Of a stretch of 64,000 nucleotides of DNA, positions 53,330 through 64,000 are shown in pieces. The stretch spans positions 904,873 through 968,872 of the forward strand of contig CAWBRO010000002.1 in assembly GCA_963791355.1 (NCBI GenBank). The letters run 5' to 3'. The notes under the pieces were generated by a model that was given only the letters and a program-made list of their open reading frames with translations, had not been told where the DNA came from and did no database searches. Numbering within the stretch: position 1 is the stretch's first letter; each line of letters opens with the position of its first letter. The position numbers and the translations under genes are program-made. The DNA is from an uncultured beta proteobacterium (GTDB lineage Bacteria; Pseudomonadota; Gammaproteobacteria; Burkholderiales; Casimicrobiaceae).

Positions 53330-54171
53330 AGCTCTGCGGCTTCGACGTCGGCCTCGACCGTCCGTTCTTCCTGATCGCGGGCCCGTGCGTCGTCGAGTCG
53401 CGCGCAGCTGCAGATGGACGTGGCCGGCGAGCTCAAGGCCATCTGCGCCGACGCTTCGCGATCCCGTTCATCTTCAAGTCGTCGTACGACAAGGCGAACC
53501 GCAGCTCGCACGCGTCGTTTCGCGGGCCGGGCATGGAGGAGGGCCTGCGCATCCTCGCCGACGTGCGGAAGCACGTCGACGTGCCGGTCCTGACCGACGT
53601 GCACACGGTCGACGAGATTCGCGCCGTCGCGCAAGTCGTCGACGTGCTGCAGACGCCCGCGTTCCTGTGCCGCCAGACCGATTTCATCCAGGCGGTGGCG
53701 TCGGCGGGCAAGCCGGTCAACATCAAGAAGGGCCAGTTCCTGGCGCCCGAGGACATGAAGCAGGTCGTCGCCAAGGCGAAGGCCGCGAGCGGCGCCGACA
53801 ACATCATGGTGTGCGAGCGCGGCGCGTCGTTCGGCTATCACAACCTGGTCTCCGACATGCGCTCGCTCGCGATCATGCGCGACACCGGATGCCCGGTCGT
53901 GTTCGACGCGACGCATTCGGTGCAGCTGCCGGGCGGACAGGGCACGTCGTCGGGCGGGCAACGCGAGTTCGTGCCGGTGCTGGCGCGCGCGGCGGTCGCC
54001 GCGGGCGTCGCCGGCGTCTTCATGGAGACGCATCCGCATCCGGAGAAGGCGCTGTCGGACGGCCCCAACGCCTGGCCGTTGCCGCGCATGCGTGCGCTGC
54101 TCGAGACGCTGGTCGAGCTCGATGCCGCAGTGAAGCGAAACGGATTTCCCGAGAATCGGAGCTCGATCTGA
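53326..54171 (+). CDS. kdsA: KDO8P synthase
   Basis: [31 protein letters not shown]. Confidence 0.95.
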
Positions 54172-54174
54172 ATC

Positions 54175-55762
<1,588 letters not shown>

Positions 55763-55776
55763 CTGCGACGACTCTC

Positions 55777-56086
55777 ATGCGCTGGCTCGCGCTCGTCCTC
55801 GGCATCCTGATCCTGGCCCTGCAATATCCGATGTGGCTCGGCAAGGGAGGCTGGCTGCAGGTGCGGGAAACCGACCGCCAGCTCGCCGTGCAACGCGAGG
55901 CCAACTCCAAGCTCAAGGCGCGCAACGCGGCGCTCGATGCCGACGTTCGCGACTTGAAGACCGGCTCGGAAGCCATCGAGGAGCGCGCGCGCTCGGAGCT
56001 CGGCATGATGAAGTCCGACGAGGTGTTCTTCCAGCTTCAGCCGGGCAGCGTCCAGAAAGTCCCGCCGACCCGCTCCGAAGAAGTAG
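55777..56086 (+). CDS. ftsB: Cell division protein FtsB
   Basis: [11 protein letters not shown], coiled coil, [12 protein letters not shown]; follows eno; stop inferred assuming one indel. Confidence 0.9.
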
Positions 56087-56100
56087 CGCAACGAAGCTGC

Positions 56101-56916
56101 ATGCCCCGCGTCATCGCACGCGACAATCCGCGCCTCGTCGAAGCGGCGCGCCTCGTCGCGTCCTCGCGCGACCGCCGCAAGCGCGGCAGGTGCGTGCTCG
56201 AGGGCGATCACCTCGTCGGCGTGTATCTCGATCGCGTGGGCGCACCCGAGACGCTCCTTGTCGTCGACGAGCGCGCGCTCGACCCGCGCATCGCGGCGCT
56301 GGTCGCGCGCGTGGCGCCGCGCAACGTCCTGGTCGTGCCTGCCGCGCTCTTCACGGAGACGGTCGTGGCGCCTGCCGACGTCGCGATCGCGGCGGTCGTT
56401 GCGACGCCCGCGCCGGCGCTTCCTTCACCCGCGCGATTCCACCTGATGCTCGAAGACATCCAGGATCCCGGAAATGTCGGCACGATGCTGCGCACCGCCG
56501 CCGCTGCAGGCGTGGAACAGGTGCTGCTTTCGAAGCATTGCGCTTTCGCGTGGTCGCCCAAGGTATTGCGCGCGGGGCAGGGCGCGCACTTTGCGACAAC
56601 GGTCGTCGAGGACGTCGATCTCGTCGCGTGGGCCGATGCGTTCACCGCACGCGGCGGAGACGTCATCGCCACGTCGCCACGCGACGCGCAGATGCTCTAC
56701 GAGGCGCCGGTCGCCGAGCCGTGGGCCGTCGCGATCGGCAACGAAGGCGCTGGCTTGTCGGCGGCGCTCCTTACGCGCGCCACTGCGCGCATCGCGATCC
56801 CGATGCACGCAGGCACCGAATCGCTCAATGCGAGCGCGGCGGCGGCGGTCGTGCTGTTCGAGCTCGTCCGCCGTCGACTGCCCGCTCAGCTCGGAATGAA
56901 GAGAAGCGAGAAGTAG
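56101..56916 (+). CDS. TrmH/SpoU family RNA methyltransferase
   Basis: [27 protein letters not shown]. Confidence 0.92.
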   Translation: MPRVIARDNPRLVEAARLVASSRDRRKRGRCVLEGDHLVGVYLDRVGAPETLLVVDERALDPRIAALVARVAPRNVLVVPAALFTETVVAPADVAIAAVVATPAPALPSPARFHLMLEDIQDPGNVGTMLRTAAAAGVEQVLLSKHCAFAWSPKVLRAGQGAHFATTVVEDVDLVAWADAFTARGGDVIATSPRDAQMLYEAPVAEPWAVAIGNEGAGLSAALLTRATARIAIPMHAGTESLNASAAAAVVLFELVRRRLPAQLGMKRSEK

Positions 56917-57671
56917 CCGTTCTCGATGCAGCCCGGATACGCCGCGCCGACATTGGCGGTCCATGTCCCCTCGAGACCTTGGGATGTCGACTTGATCTCA
57001 CTGACGGAAGCGGTCACCGTCGTGCCGGCTAGCGTGTACGAAGCGCCGGGAATGCGGTAGAGCGTTCCGTTCTGGATATAGGGTCCGCTCATCGTGAACG
57101 GATCTTTCGAAACCACTGCGAGCGTGATTGCGCCTCCCGCCGTCTGCGTCACCGTCCACGTGCTGTCGTAGGTGATCGGCCCGTTGTCGGCCGCATCGGT
57201 GCAGTTCGTGAACACCGACTGGTACGCGCCGCGATACGTCCCCCCGACGGGAATCGCGGTCAGCGTCTGCCGCTGGATCTGCTTCGAGACGACGACGGTG
57301 TTGACGTTGTAGACGAACGAGCCCGAGTACGAGTTCGCCGGCGTGAACGTGGCGGTGCCCACCGGCGTCGCGCTGCTGTTCGCCGCATTCCAGGGATTGC
57401 CGAAGTAGGTCCCGGTGGTCTGGTAGACCGGTCCGGTCCACGTGCCGTTGCTCTGCCGGGTGAGCTGCGCCGTGTACCAGAAGGGCTGGTTGCCGGTCGG
57501 ACCGTAGACGAACATCGTCGCGAAGATGAAGTTGCTGGACTGGATGAAATTGACGCCCCAGCCGCTTTCGGCCGGGTTCCACCAGATGTCGGTCCAATCG
57601 ACGGCGGCGGCGGGACGCGCGAGTGCGAAGCAAACGAGCAGCACGGCAGAAAGGCGGCGAACGAATGACAT
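56886..57671 (-). CDS. Hypothetical secreted beta-rich protein ([10 protein letters not shown] motif)
   Basis: Signal peptide ending AAA; [13 protein letters not shown]; Thr/Gly/aromatic rich; intact 261 aa. Confidence 0.8.
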   Translation of the reverse strand: MSFVRRLSAVLLVCFALARPAAAVDWTDIWWNPAESGWGVNFIQSSNFIFATMFVYGPTGNQPFWYTAQLTRQSNGTWTGPVYQTTGTYFGNPWNAANSSATPVGTATFTPANSYSGSFVYNVNTVVVSKQIQRQTLTAIPVGGTYRGAYQSVFTNCTDAADNGPITYDSTWTVTQTAGGAITLAVVSKDPFTMSGPYIQNGTLYRIPGASYTLAGTTVTASVSEIKSTSQGLEGTWTANVGAAYPGCIENGYFSLLFIPS

Positions 57672-57710
57672 GACGTTGGTCCAGGCGACGAGGTGAATGG
57701 AGATGGGATT

Positions 57711-58547
57711 CTAACCCCGGGCAATGCCGGATGGTGCTGCTGAGCTTTGCGCGCCGCGGTGCGTACACGCCACCGCGCCTGCCCGGACGCCTTCGCGCAG
57801 GGCGTCCGGTGGTGCCACGCCACGGTCGAGCGCCGCCGCGAACGCCCCGCACAGGGCATCGCCCGCGCCTGTCGTGTCGACGACGGCGACGTGAGACGGT
57901 GCTTCACTGTAGCGGGTGCCCTGCCACTCCATCGTCGCTCCGCGCGCGCCGAGCGTGCGCACGACGTTCACACCCGCGCGCTGGCCCACGCAGATCGCCG
58001 CCTCGTGCTCGTTCACGACGAGGAAGTCGACATCGCGCAGCAACCCGTCCGGAAGGACGGCGGCGGGTGCGCCGTTGAGCACGACGCGAGCGCCCCGGGA
58101 TTTCGCCCGATGCGCGAGGGCCCCGACCTCGCGCATCGGCACCTCCAGTTGCATGAGCAGCGTGGTGCCCGGGACGAGCGCATCGTCGCCGACCCACGAC
58201 GCGAGCGCATGGCCGTTCGCACCCGCAATCACCGTGATGGCGTTCTCGCCCTTCGCGTCGACGTTGATGAGCGCCACGCCCGTCGCGTCGGCGACGCGCA
58301 TCACGGACGTGAGGTCGACGCCCGACGCTGCGAGATTCGCGAGCGCGGCATCGGCGAACGCGTCGTGTCCCACGGCGCCCACCATCGCGACGCGCGCGCC
58401 GCAGAGTCGCGCGGCCAGCGCCTGGTTCGCGCCCTTGCCGCCGGGCGACGTGACGAAGGACGTGCCGAGCAGTGTTTCGCCGGCCGCCGGAATCGCAGGA
58501 ACGCGCGCGACGAGATCGAGGTTGATCGAGCCGAAGACGATGACCAC
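57711..58547 (-). CDS. Ribokinase-family (PfkB) sugar kinase
   Basis: GSINLD, GGKGANQA, VNEHE, DTTGAGD. Confidence 0.9.
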   Translation of the reverse strand: MVIVFGSINLDLVARVPAIPAAGETLLGTSFVTSPGGKGANQALAARLCGARVAMVGAVGHDAFADAALANLAASGVDLTSVMRVADATGVALINVDAKGENAITVIAGANGHALASWVGDDALVPGTTLLMQLEVPMREVGALAHRAKSRGARVVLNGAPAAVLPDGLLRDVDFLVVNEHEAAICVGQRAGVNVVRTLGARGATMEWQGTRYSEAPSHVAVVDTTGAGDALCGAFAAALDRGVAPPDALREGVRAGAVACTHRGAQSSAAPSGIARG

Positions 58548-58549
58548 GG

Positions 58550-58984
58550 CTACTTCGGCGGATACTCGTTCACCACGCCCTTGACCAGGATGGCATTGCC
58601 GTACGGGCGCATCTCGCCCGTGCGAACGACGGCGAACGCGTTGCGCGCGCGCTCGTAGAACGCAAACCGGTCGAGCGAGCCAATGGTCGCGTTCGCACCG
58701 AGCACACGCTGGAAGTCGGCCACCGGCGGCGGGAGCGGTTCCTGCCGTCCCGTCGGCTGCATCGCGAATACCGCCGGTGACGACGCGGCATCGAGCGGAA
58801 ACACGGTAAGGATCGCCTCGAGCACGCGTGGCGCATCGGCGCCGGGCATGGCAACGATGCGACGCGCGATCGACGCCGAAGGAAAATTCGCGTCGGCGAT
58901 CACGATCTCGTCGCCGTGGCCCATCGATGCGAGGGCATGCAGGAGGTCCGGCGTCAGCAGCGGATGCACGCCCAACAGCATCAT
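58550..58984 (-). CDS. RbsD/FucU family mutarotase
   Basis: MGHGDEIVIADANFP, RFAFYERA, TGE.RPYGN.ILVKGV. Confidence 0.9.
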   Translation of the reverse strand: MMLLGVHPLLTPDLLHALASMGHGDEIVIADANFPSASIARRIVAMPGADAPRVLEAILTVFPLDAASSPAVFAMQPTGRQEPLPPPVADFQRVLGANATIGSLDRFAFYERARNAFAVVRTGEMRPYGNAILVKGVVNEYPPK

Positions 58985-59805
58985 CCCCCCTTGACGCTGC
59001 CCGCCGTCATGCCCGTCACGATCTCCTTCTGCAGGAAGATCGTCAGCAGGAGCACCGGCAGCGTGACGACGATCGCCGCCGCGGCGAGCGGTCCCCACGC
59101 GAGCTGCTCGAAGGTCAGCACGTTGTACACGGCGACCGGAAGCGTGCGCGTCTCGCGTCCCGACAGGACCGCGCCGAACACGAAGTTGTTCCACGAGAAG
59201 ATGAACGACAGGATGACGCCGACGACGATGCCCGGCCTGGCGAGCGGCAGGGCGACGTAGCGGAACGCGGTCCACGCGCCCGCGCCGTCGATCTGCGCCG
59301 CCTCCTCGAGCTCGCGCGGCAGCGTCTCGAAGTGTCCCGCCATCACGTACACGACGATCGGCACGGTGATGACCAGGTGCGTGATGACGAGCGCGGTGAG
59401 CGTGTTGTTGAGCCGCAGGAACTGGAACACGGCGAACAGCGGAATGAGATAGGACAGCGCGGGCGTCATGCGCGCGATGAGGATGAGCACGGTGAAGCGA
59501 TGCGCGCCGGTGCGCGCGATGCCATATCCGGCGGGCACGCCGATCAGGAGGGCGATGAGCGTCGCTCCGCCGGACACCACGATGCTGTTCCACAGGTAGC
59601 GGCCGATGTTGTTCTGCTGGAACACCGAAATGAAGTTCGCGAACGTCGGCGGATTCGGAATGAAGACCGGCGGATACGCGGTGTTGTCGATCTCGTTCTT
59701 GAGCGCCAGCGACAGCATCCACAGGAACACGAAGATCGCGGGCGACACGATCACGACGACCGAGAACCAGAATCCGATCCGGCGGACGATCCTCCTGGGA
59801 CTCAC
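58981..59805 (-). CDS. Carbohydrate ABC permease
   Basis: ELEEAAQIDGA, FSWNNF, GMTAGSVKG. Confidence 0.92.
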   Translation of the reverse strand: MSPRRIVRRIGFWFSVVVIVSPAIFVFLWMLSLALKNEIDNTAYPPVFIPNPPTFANFISVFQQNNIGRYLWNSIVVSGGATLIALLIGVPAGYGIARTGAHRFTVLILIARMTPALSYLIPLFAVFQFLRLNNTLTALVITHLVITVPIVVYVMAGHFETLPRELEEAAQIDGAGAWTAFRYVALPLARPGIVVGVILSFIFSWNNFVFGAVLSGRETRTLPVAVYNVLTFEQLAWGPLAAAAIVVTLPVLLLTIFLQKEIVTGMTAGSVKGG

Positions 59806-59806
59806 G

Positions 59807-60727
59807 TCATGTCCACTGGGTCTTCTGGCGCAGGTAAAGGAGCACCAGCGCGAGCGCCAGCACGATCGTGAAGAAGATCACGACCACTGCCGACGCGTTG
59901 CCGATGTTGTAGAACGCGAACGCCTGCAGGTACAGGTAGAGGTTGATGGTCTCCGATGCGGTGCCGGGTCCGCCCGACGTGATCACGTAGATCGTGTCGA
60001 ACGTCTTGAGCGCATCGATGGTGCGGATGACGCCGGCGACGAACAGGAACGGCGCGACCAGCGGCAGCGTGATGTAGCGGAAGAGCTGCCACTCGGAGGC
60101 GCCGTCGAGGCGCGCCGACTCGTACGGCTCCGTCGGCAGCGCGGCCATGCCGCCCAGCACGATCAGCATGATGAGCGGCGTCCAGTGCCACACTTCGACG
60201 AGCACGAGGCTCGGAATGACGAGCGTGGGCGAGTACACCCATTGCGAAGGCGGCAATCCGACGAGCGACAAGAGATAGTTGAGCACGCCCTGCTGCGGGT
60301 GGAACATCATCGTCCACACGAGCGCCACGGCGACCGGCGTTGCCATCATCGGCATGATGAAGACGCCGCGAAGGATCCCGCGATACTTGAACTCGCGATG
60401 GAAGATCATCGCGGCGATGGTGCCGAGAATCAGCGGCACGATCACCGCGAGCGCCGTGAAGTAGAACGTGCGCACCACCGCCTCGAGGAAGCGGCGGTTG
60501 GTGAAGAGGCCGGTGTAGTTGTCGAATCCGACGAAGTGCGGCGTGCCGCCGATCTTCCACTCGAAGGCGCTCATCCACAGCGTGAAGAGCCACGGGAAGA
60601 CGATGACGGCGCCGACCACCACGAGCGCCGGCACGATGAACCAGTAGAAGCGCCGCCGCCTCCGCGCGACCACGCTGGCGCGCGGAAGGGCGGCCGGCAT
60701 GGAAGCGGAAGCGGCGACGGTGGCCAC
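59807..60727 (-). CDS. Carbohydrate ABC permease
   Basis: FVGFDNY, YESARLDGA, TSGGPG. Confidence 0.92.
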   Translation of the reverse strand: MATVAASASMPAALPRASVVARRRRRFYWFIVPALVVVGAVIVFPWLFTLWMSAFEWKIGGTPHFVGFDNYTGLFTNRRFLEAVVRTFYFTALAVIVPLILGTIAAMIFHREFKYRGILRGVFIMPMMATPVAVALVWTMMFHPQQGVLNYLLSLVGLPPSQWVYSPTLVIPSLVLVEVWHWTPLIMLIVLGGMAALPTEPYESARLDGASEWQLFRYITLPLVAPFLFVAGVIRTIDALKTFDTIYVITSGGPGTASETINLYLYLQAFAFYNIGNASAVVVIFFTIVLALALVLLYLRQKTQWT

Positions 60728-60747
60728 GTGAAGCTCCTAGACTGCGG

Positions 60748-62099
60748 TCACGCTTTCTCGCTCTTGTCGAGCACGGGCTGGAATTCCGCAGTCGCCTTCT
60801 TGAGCTCCGTTGCCGGGTCGGCGCCGTTGATCATGTTGGTGAGCGCGATGCCGAACGTGTCGCGGAATTCGGTGACCGGCACGATGATCGGCAGGCCGGG
60901 CAGCGCGACCTTGACGGAGCCCAGCATGCAGTCGACCCATGCCTTGCGCGTCTTCAGCGCCGCCATCGCTTCGGCGTCCGCGAACGCCGAGATGCGCACG
61001 GGCGCGCCGGCTGCGGCCTCCAGCATGCGCGCCTGGTTCTTCTTGTTCGACGCCCACTGCAGGTACAGCCACGACGGCCCCTTCTTCGACGAAAAGCTCG
61101 AGATGCCTTCGCCGTCGCCGAACATCGCCGAGACCTGCGCCTTGGGTCCGGGCGGCATCACGCCGTAGCCGACCTTGCCGACGATGCGCGACTTGGTCGG
61201 GATCTTCGAGCGGCGCGGCGAAGCCGATGCCGTCGAGCCACATCGCGGCCTTGCCTTGCGCGAACAGGCTCTGCGACTCGTTCCAGTTGAAGCCCGCAAC
61301 ACCTTGCGGCCCGGTCTTCGCCAGCAGCGTCTGGTACATCTTCGCGCTGTCGATCGCGGCCTGCGTCTCCGTCAGGAGCTTGCCCTTGTCGTCGATGAAA
61401 TCGCCGCCGTAGCCCAGCAGGAAGCTCGACCACACCGGCACGTTCGCGTTCTTGAGGCCGCGCCCGACGAAGCCGCTCACGCCCTTCGCCGGATCGTTGA
61501 GGCGCGCCGCGGCGTCGATCATCTCGGCGAAGCTCTTCGGGTACGCAATGCCCTTCGCGTCGAAGAGCTCCTTGTTGTAGTAGAGCATCCACGGGTCGAT
61601 GTTGAGCGGGAGGCTGTCGACGCGCCCGTCGGGCTGCGTCGCCCACGCGAGCCCGCTCTTCGCGAAATCGGCGTAGTCGAGGCCGGGATCGGTGATCGAC
61701 TTGTCGGCGACGAGCGGACGCACGTCCTCCATCCACTTGTTCTTGCCGAACAGCCGCTTCTGCACGTGATACGAGATCGCGATGACGTCGAAGCTCGGCT
61801 TGCCCGAGTTGAACTCGATCACCGCCTTCTGCCGCTGCTGCTGCTCGGGAATCATCTCGGAGCCGACGGTGATGCCCGTCATGTCCTCGAATTCCTTGTG
61901 GTACTTGGTGAGGAGATCGCCGCGCGGGCTCTTCACCAGGAACACTTCGATCTTCTCGCCCTTGAACTTCTTCCAGTCGAACGTGCCTTGCGCGTGTGCC
62001 GCGAACTGGCCCGCGCCGGGAATTGCGCCGAGCGCTGCGGGCCGAAGCGCCGGCCTGCAGCAGCCGGCGACGCTGGTTGTCAGAATGATGATCAGCCAT
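60748..62099 (-). CDS. Carbohydrate ABC substrate-binding protein (Tat-type signal)
   Basis: QRRRLL twin-Arg leader, LYYNKELF, GKAAMW; GGAG RBS; indels. Confidence 0.85.
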
Positions 62100-62165
62100 G
62101 GAAGTCTCCTCGTTGTCGCACCCGTTGTTGTCGGTGGGCATGGATGCTGGTGGCAATGATACTGC

Positions 62166-62867
62166 TCAGTGGATGTTGTCGAGATCTGCGAACACTTCGA
62201 TGAGTTTCTCGGCGGTGCAGCCGGGCCCGCGTGCGACGGCCAGGATGCGCGCCTCGCGATGCGCAACCGCGCGCGCCGCACCGGGAATCGCGCGGACCAG
62301 CCGCGCAGGGATCACCGCGGCGCCGTGACGGTCCGCGTGCACGATGTCGCCGTCGCGCACGCGCATGCCGAGCACCATCACCTCGCACCCGAAGGCTACG
62401 GGCTTCGCATACGCGTGCGACGGCGCGAGCTTGGCAGCGAGGAACTGGAAGCCTGGCGCCCACTGGTCCAGGTCCCGGACGGACCCGTTGGTGACGAGCC
62501 CGCGCGCGCCGAGCCCCACGTGGATGGCTGACTGCACCTCGCCCCAGAAGGCGCCGTAGCCCGCGTTGGCGCCGTCGAGGTCCTGGATCACGACGATCGA
62601 GGGCCGCGGACCGGCGTCGATGTGGCGGTAATAGTCGTTCTGTGCGGCGCGCTGCTCGGCGGATGAAGCCGACAACGGCTGCGCCGAACGTATCGCGGCC
62701 GTGCGCGCATAGCCGACGACGGGCTTTTGCGAAGGGAACCCGCAGACACAGGGCTCGGTGGTGTAGCCGCTGCCTTGCAGCGAAGGATCGAGCCGCTCGA
62801 GTGCGTTGCAGATGGTGGGAGTGTCGAACGCCGTCAATGCGTCCAGGTCTTCCTGCGTGATGGTCAT
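62166..62867 (-). CDS. RraA / HMG-aldolase family protein
   Basis: DTPTICNAL, VVGYA, AFWGEV, NGSVRD, GDIVHADRHG. Confidence 0.88.
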   Translation of the reverse strand: MTITQEDLDALTAFDTPTICNALERLDPSLQGSGYTTEPCVCGFPSQKPVVGYARTAAIRSAQPLSASSAEQRAAQNDYYRHIDAGPRPSIVVIQDLDGANAGYGAFWGEVQSAIHVGLGARGLVTNGSVRDLDQWAPGFQFLAAKLAPSHAYAKPVAFGCEVMVLGMRVRDGDIVHADRHGAAVIPARLVRAIPGAARAVAHREARILAVARGPGCTAEKLIEVFADLDNIH

Positions 62868-63775
62868 TGCCCGTTCCTTTCGAATCCGGCGCGGTCGAGT
62901 GTCTCGCGCAGTGTCTTGTGCTCGGAGCCCGTAAGCGGCACGAGCGGTGGCCGCACGTGGCGCCATTCCGCATCGCCGGTCCGATCGGCGACCATGCACT
63001 TGAACGCCGGAAGGAACGGCTGCATGAACGTGATCTCGATGAACTTCGCGATCCGCGCTTTCGCTTCCGCGCTCGCATCGCGGCGAGAGCAGGGACTTGA
63101 CGAGGTGCGGATAGACGTTGGCGACGCCGCAGATCGTGCCCGCGCCGCCGGCCGCGATGAGACGAGGGCAGGTCGCGGCTCGTGGCCGATCACGACCGTG
63201 ATCTGCGGTACCCGCTCGAGCAGCGCGGCGGTGTTCTCCCAGTTGCCCTGGCTGTCCTTGATGCCCGCGATCGTGCCGGGGAACGCCTTTGCCAGCCGCG
63301 CCACCAGGTCCACCGACAACGGCACCGACGACACCTGCGGCAGGTGGTAGAGAAACACGCGCAGCCGCGGATCGCCGACGCCCTCGATCAGGTGCGCGTA
63401 CCAGGTGAAGAGGCCCTCGTCGCTCGGTTGCTTCCAGAAGAACGGCGGCAGCACGAGCGACGCGATGCATCCGGCGCTGGTCGCGTGCTTGGTCAGCGCG
63501 ATCGTCTCCGAAAGCGACGCGCAACCGGTGCCCGGCAACACGCGCTGCGCGGGCACCGACGCGAGCAGCGCGTCGAGCCCCGCGCGGCGCTCGTCGACCG
63601 AGAACGACTGCCCTTCGCCCGTGGTGCCGAACGGCGCGACGCCGGCGACACCCTGGGCGAACAGCCATTGCACGTGCGCAGCGAAGCGTGCGTTGTCGAT
63701 GGCGCCGCTCGCCGACAGCGGCGTGAGCGTGGCGCACCACAATCCCTGGATGAGGTGATGCGGATGTCCGTTCAT
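62864..63775 (-). CDS. DHDPS/NAL family class I aldolase or dehydratase
   Basis: GTTGE, LYHLP, GIKDS (Schiff-base Lys). Confidence 0.9.
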   Translation of the reverse strand: MNGHPHHLIQGLWCATLTPLSASGAIDNARFAAHVQWLFAQGVAGVAPFGTTGEGQSFSVDERRAGLDALLASVPAQRVLPGTGCASLSETIALTKHATSAGCIASLVLPPFFWKQPSDEGLFTWYAHLIEGVGDPRLRVFLYHLPQVSSVPLSVDLVARLAKAFPGTIAGIKDSQGNWENTAALLERVPQITVVIGHEPRPALVSSRPAARARSAASPTSIRTSSSPCSRRDASAEAKARIAKFIEITFMQPFLPAFKCMVADRTGDAEWRHVRPPLVPLTGSEHKTLRETLDRAGFERNGQ

Positions 63776-63788
63776 GCGATACCTTTGG

Positions 63789-64000
63789 TCATAGACCGAG
63801 GGCGCGATTGCGCGCGTGAGTGAGATGGGCCTCCATGGCGGCCACTGCGCGCGCAGGGTCGCGCGTGCGCAGGGCAGCGAGGAGCGTGAGGTGCTCCGCC
63901 ATCGCGGGCTGCAGCGATTCCGGGCTGAGCGTGACGCGGTCGAGGCGGATGAGGCGGATGCGCAAGCTGTTCACGCGGTAGATCGACGAGATGATCTCGT
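63789..64000 (-). CDS. GntR family regulator, C-terminal FCD domain (partial)
   Basis: EHLTLLAAL..RDP..AVAAMEAHL. Confidence 0.8.
   Translation of the reverse strand, partial: EIISSIYRVNSLRIRLIRLDRVTLSPESLQPAMAEHLTLLAALRTRDPARAVAAMEAHLTHARNRALGL

Overview
GC-rich bacterial chromosome segment. Gene content and order (smc-zipA-ligA, pyrG-kdsA-eno-ftsB) suggest Betaproteobacteria/Burkholderiales; this is an inference. Many genes, including essential ones (smc, ligA, gltX, pyrG, eno), are split by single-base indels. I read these as uncorrected long-read errors, so those gene models were stitched by eye across frames and their ends are approximate. Most of the window is housekeeping or transport: GS-like, DMT, gntK, metC, a Liv-type ABC, DUF47/PiT, two MarC genes, rlmB, dppBCDFA, a second peptide ABC with two peptidases, galU, oxyR, and a sugar ABC catabolic cluster. 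tRNA-Thr(CGT) and tRNA-Val(CAC) are present. Most notable: (1) a ~3.4 kb islet beside tRNA-Thr holding a decaying integron cassette array (about 5-6 attC sites, no integrase in the window), with a non-canonical GAC/GTC attC and a 24-bp mini-attC; (2) an operon of circularly permuted ATP-grasp, alpha-E, Anbu protease and transglutaminase-amidoligase, preceded by a sigma54 promoter motif and an NtrC-like site, containing a 26-codon repeat-derived ORF, and coupled to an orphan membrane-anchored TAXI protein and gltX; (3) a single-chain NfnB/GltD-NfnA/PyrK-like flavo-Fe-S fusion; (4) a probably catalytically dead 6PGD N-domain coupled to gluconokinase; (5) a Dabb gene inserted between kdsA and eno and bounded by a 12-bp direct repeat. 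No CRISPR array, transposase or integrase was seen.
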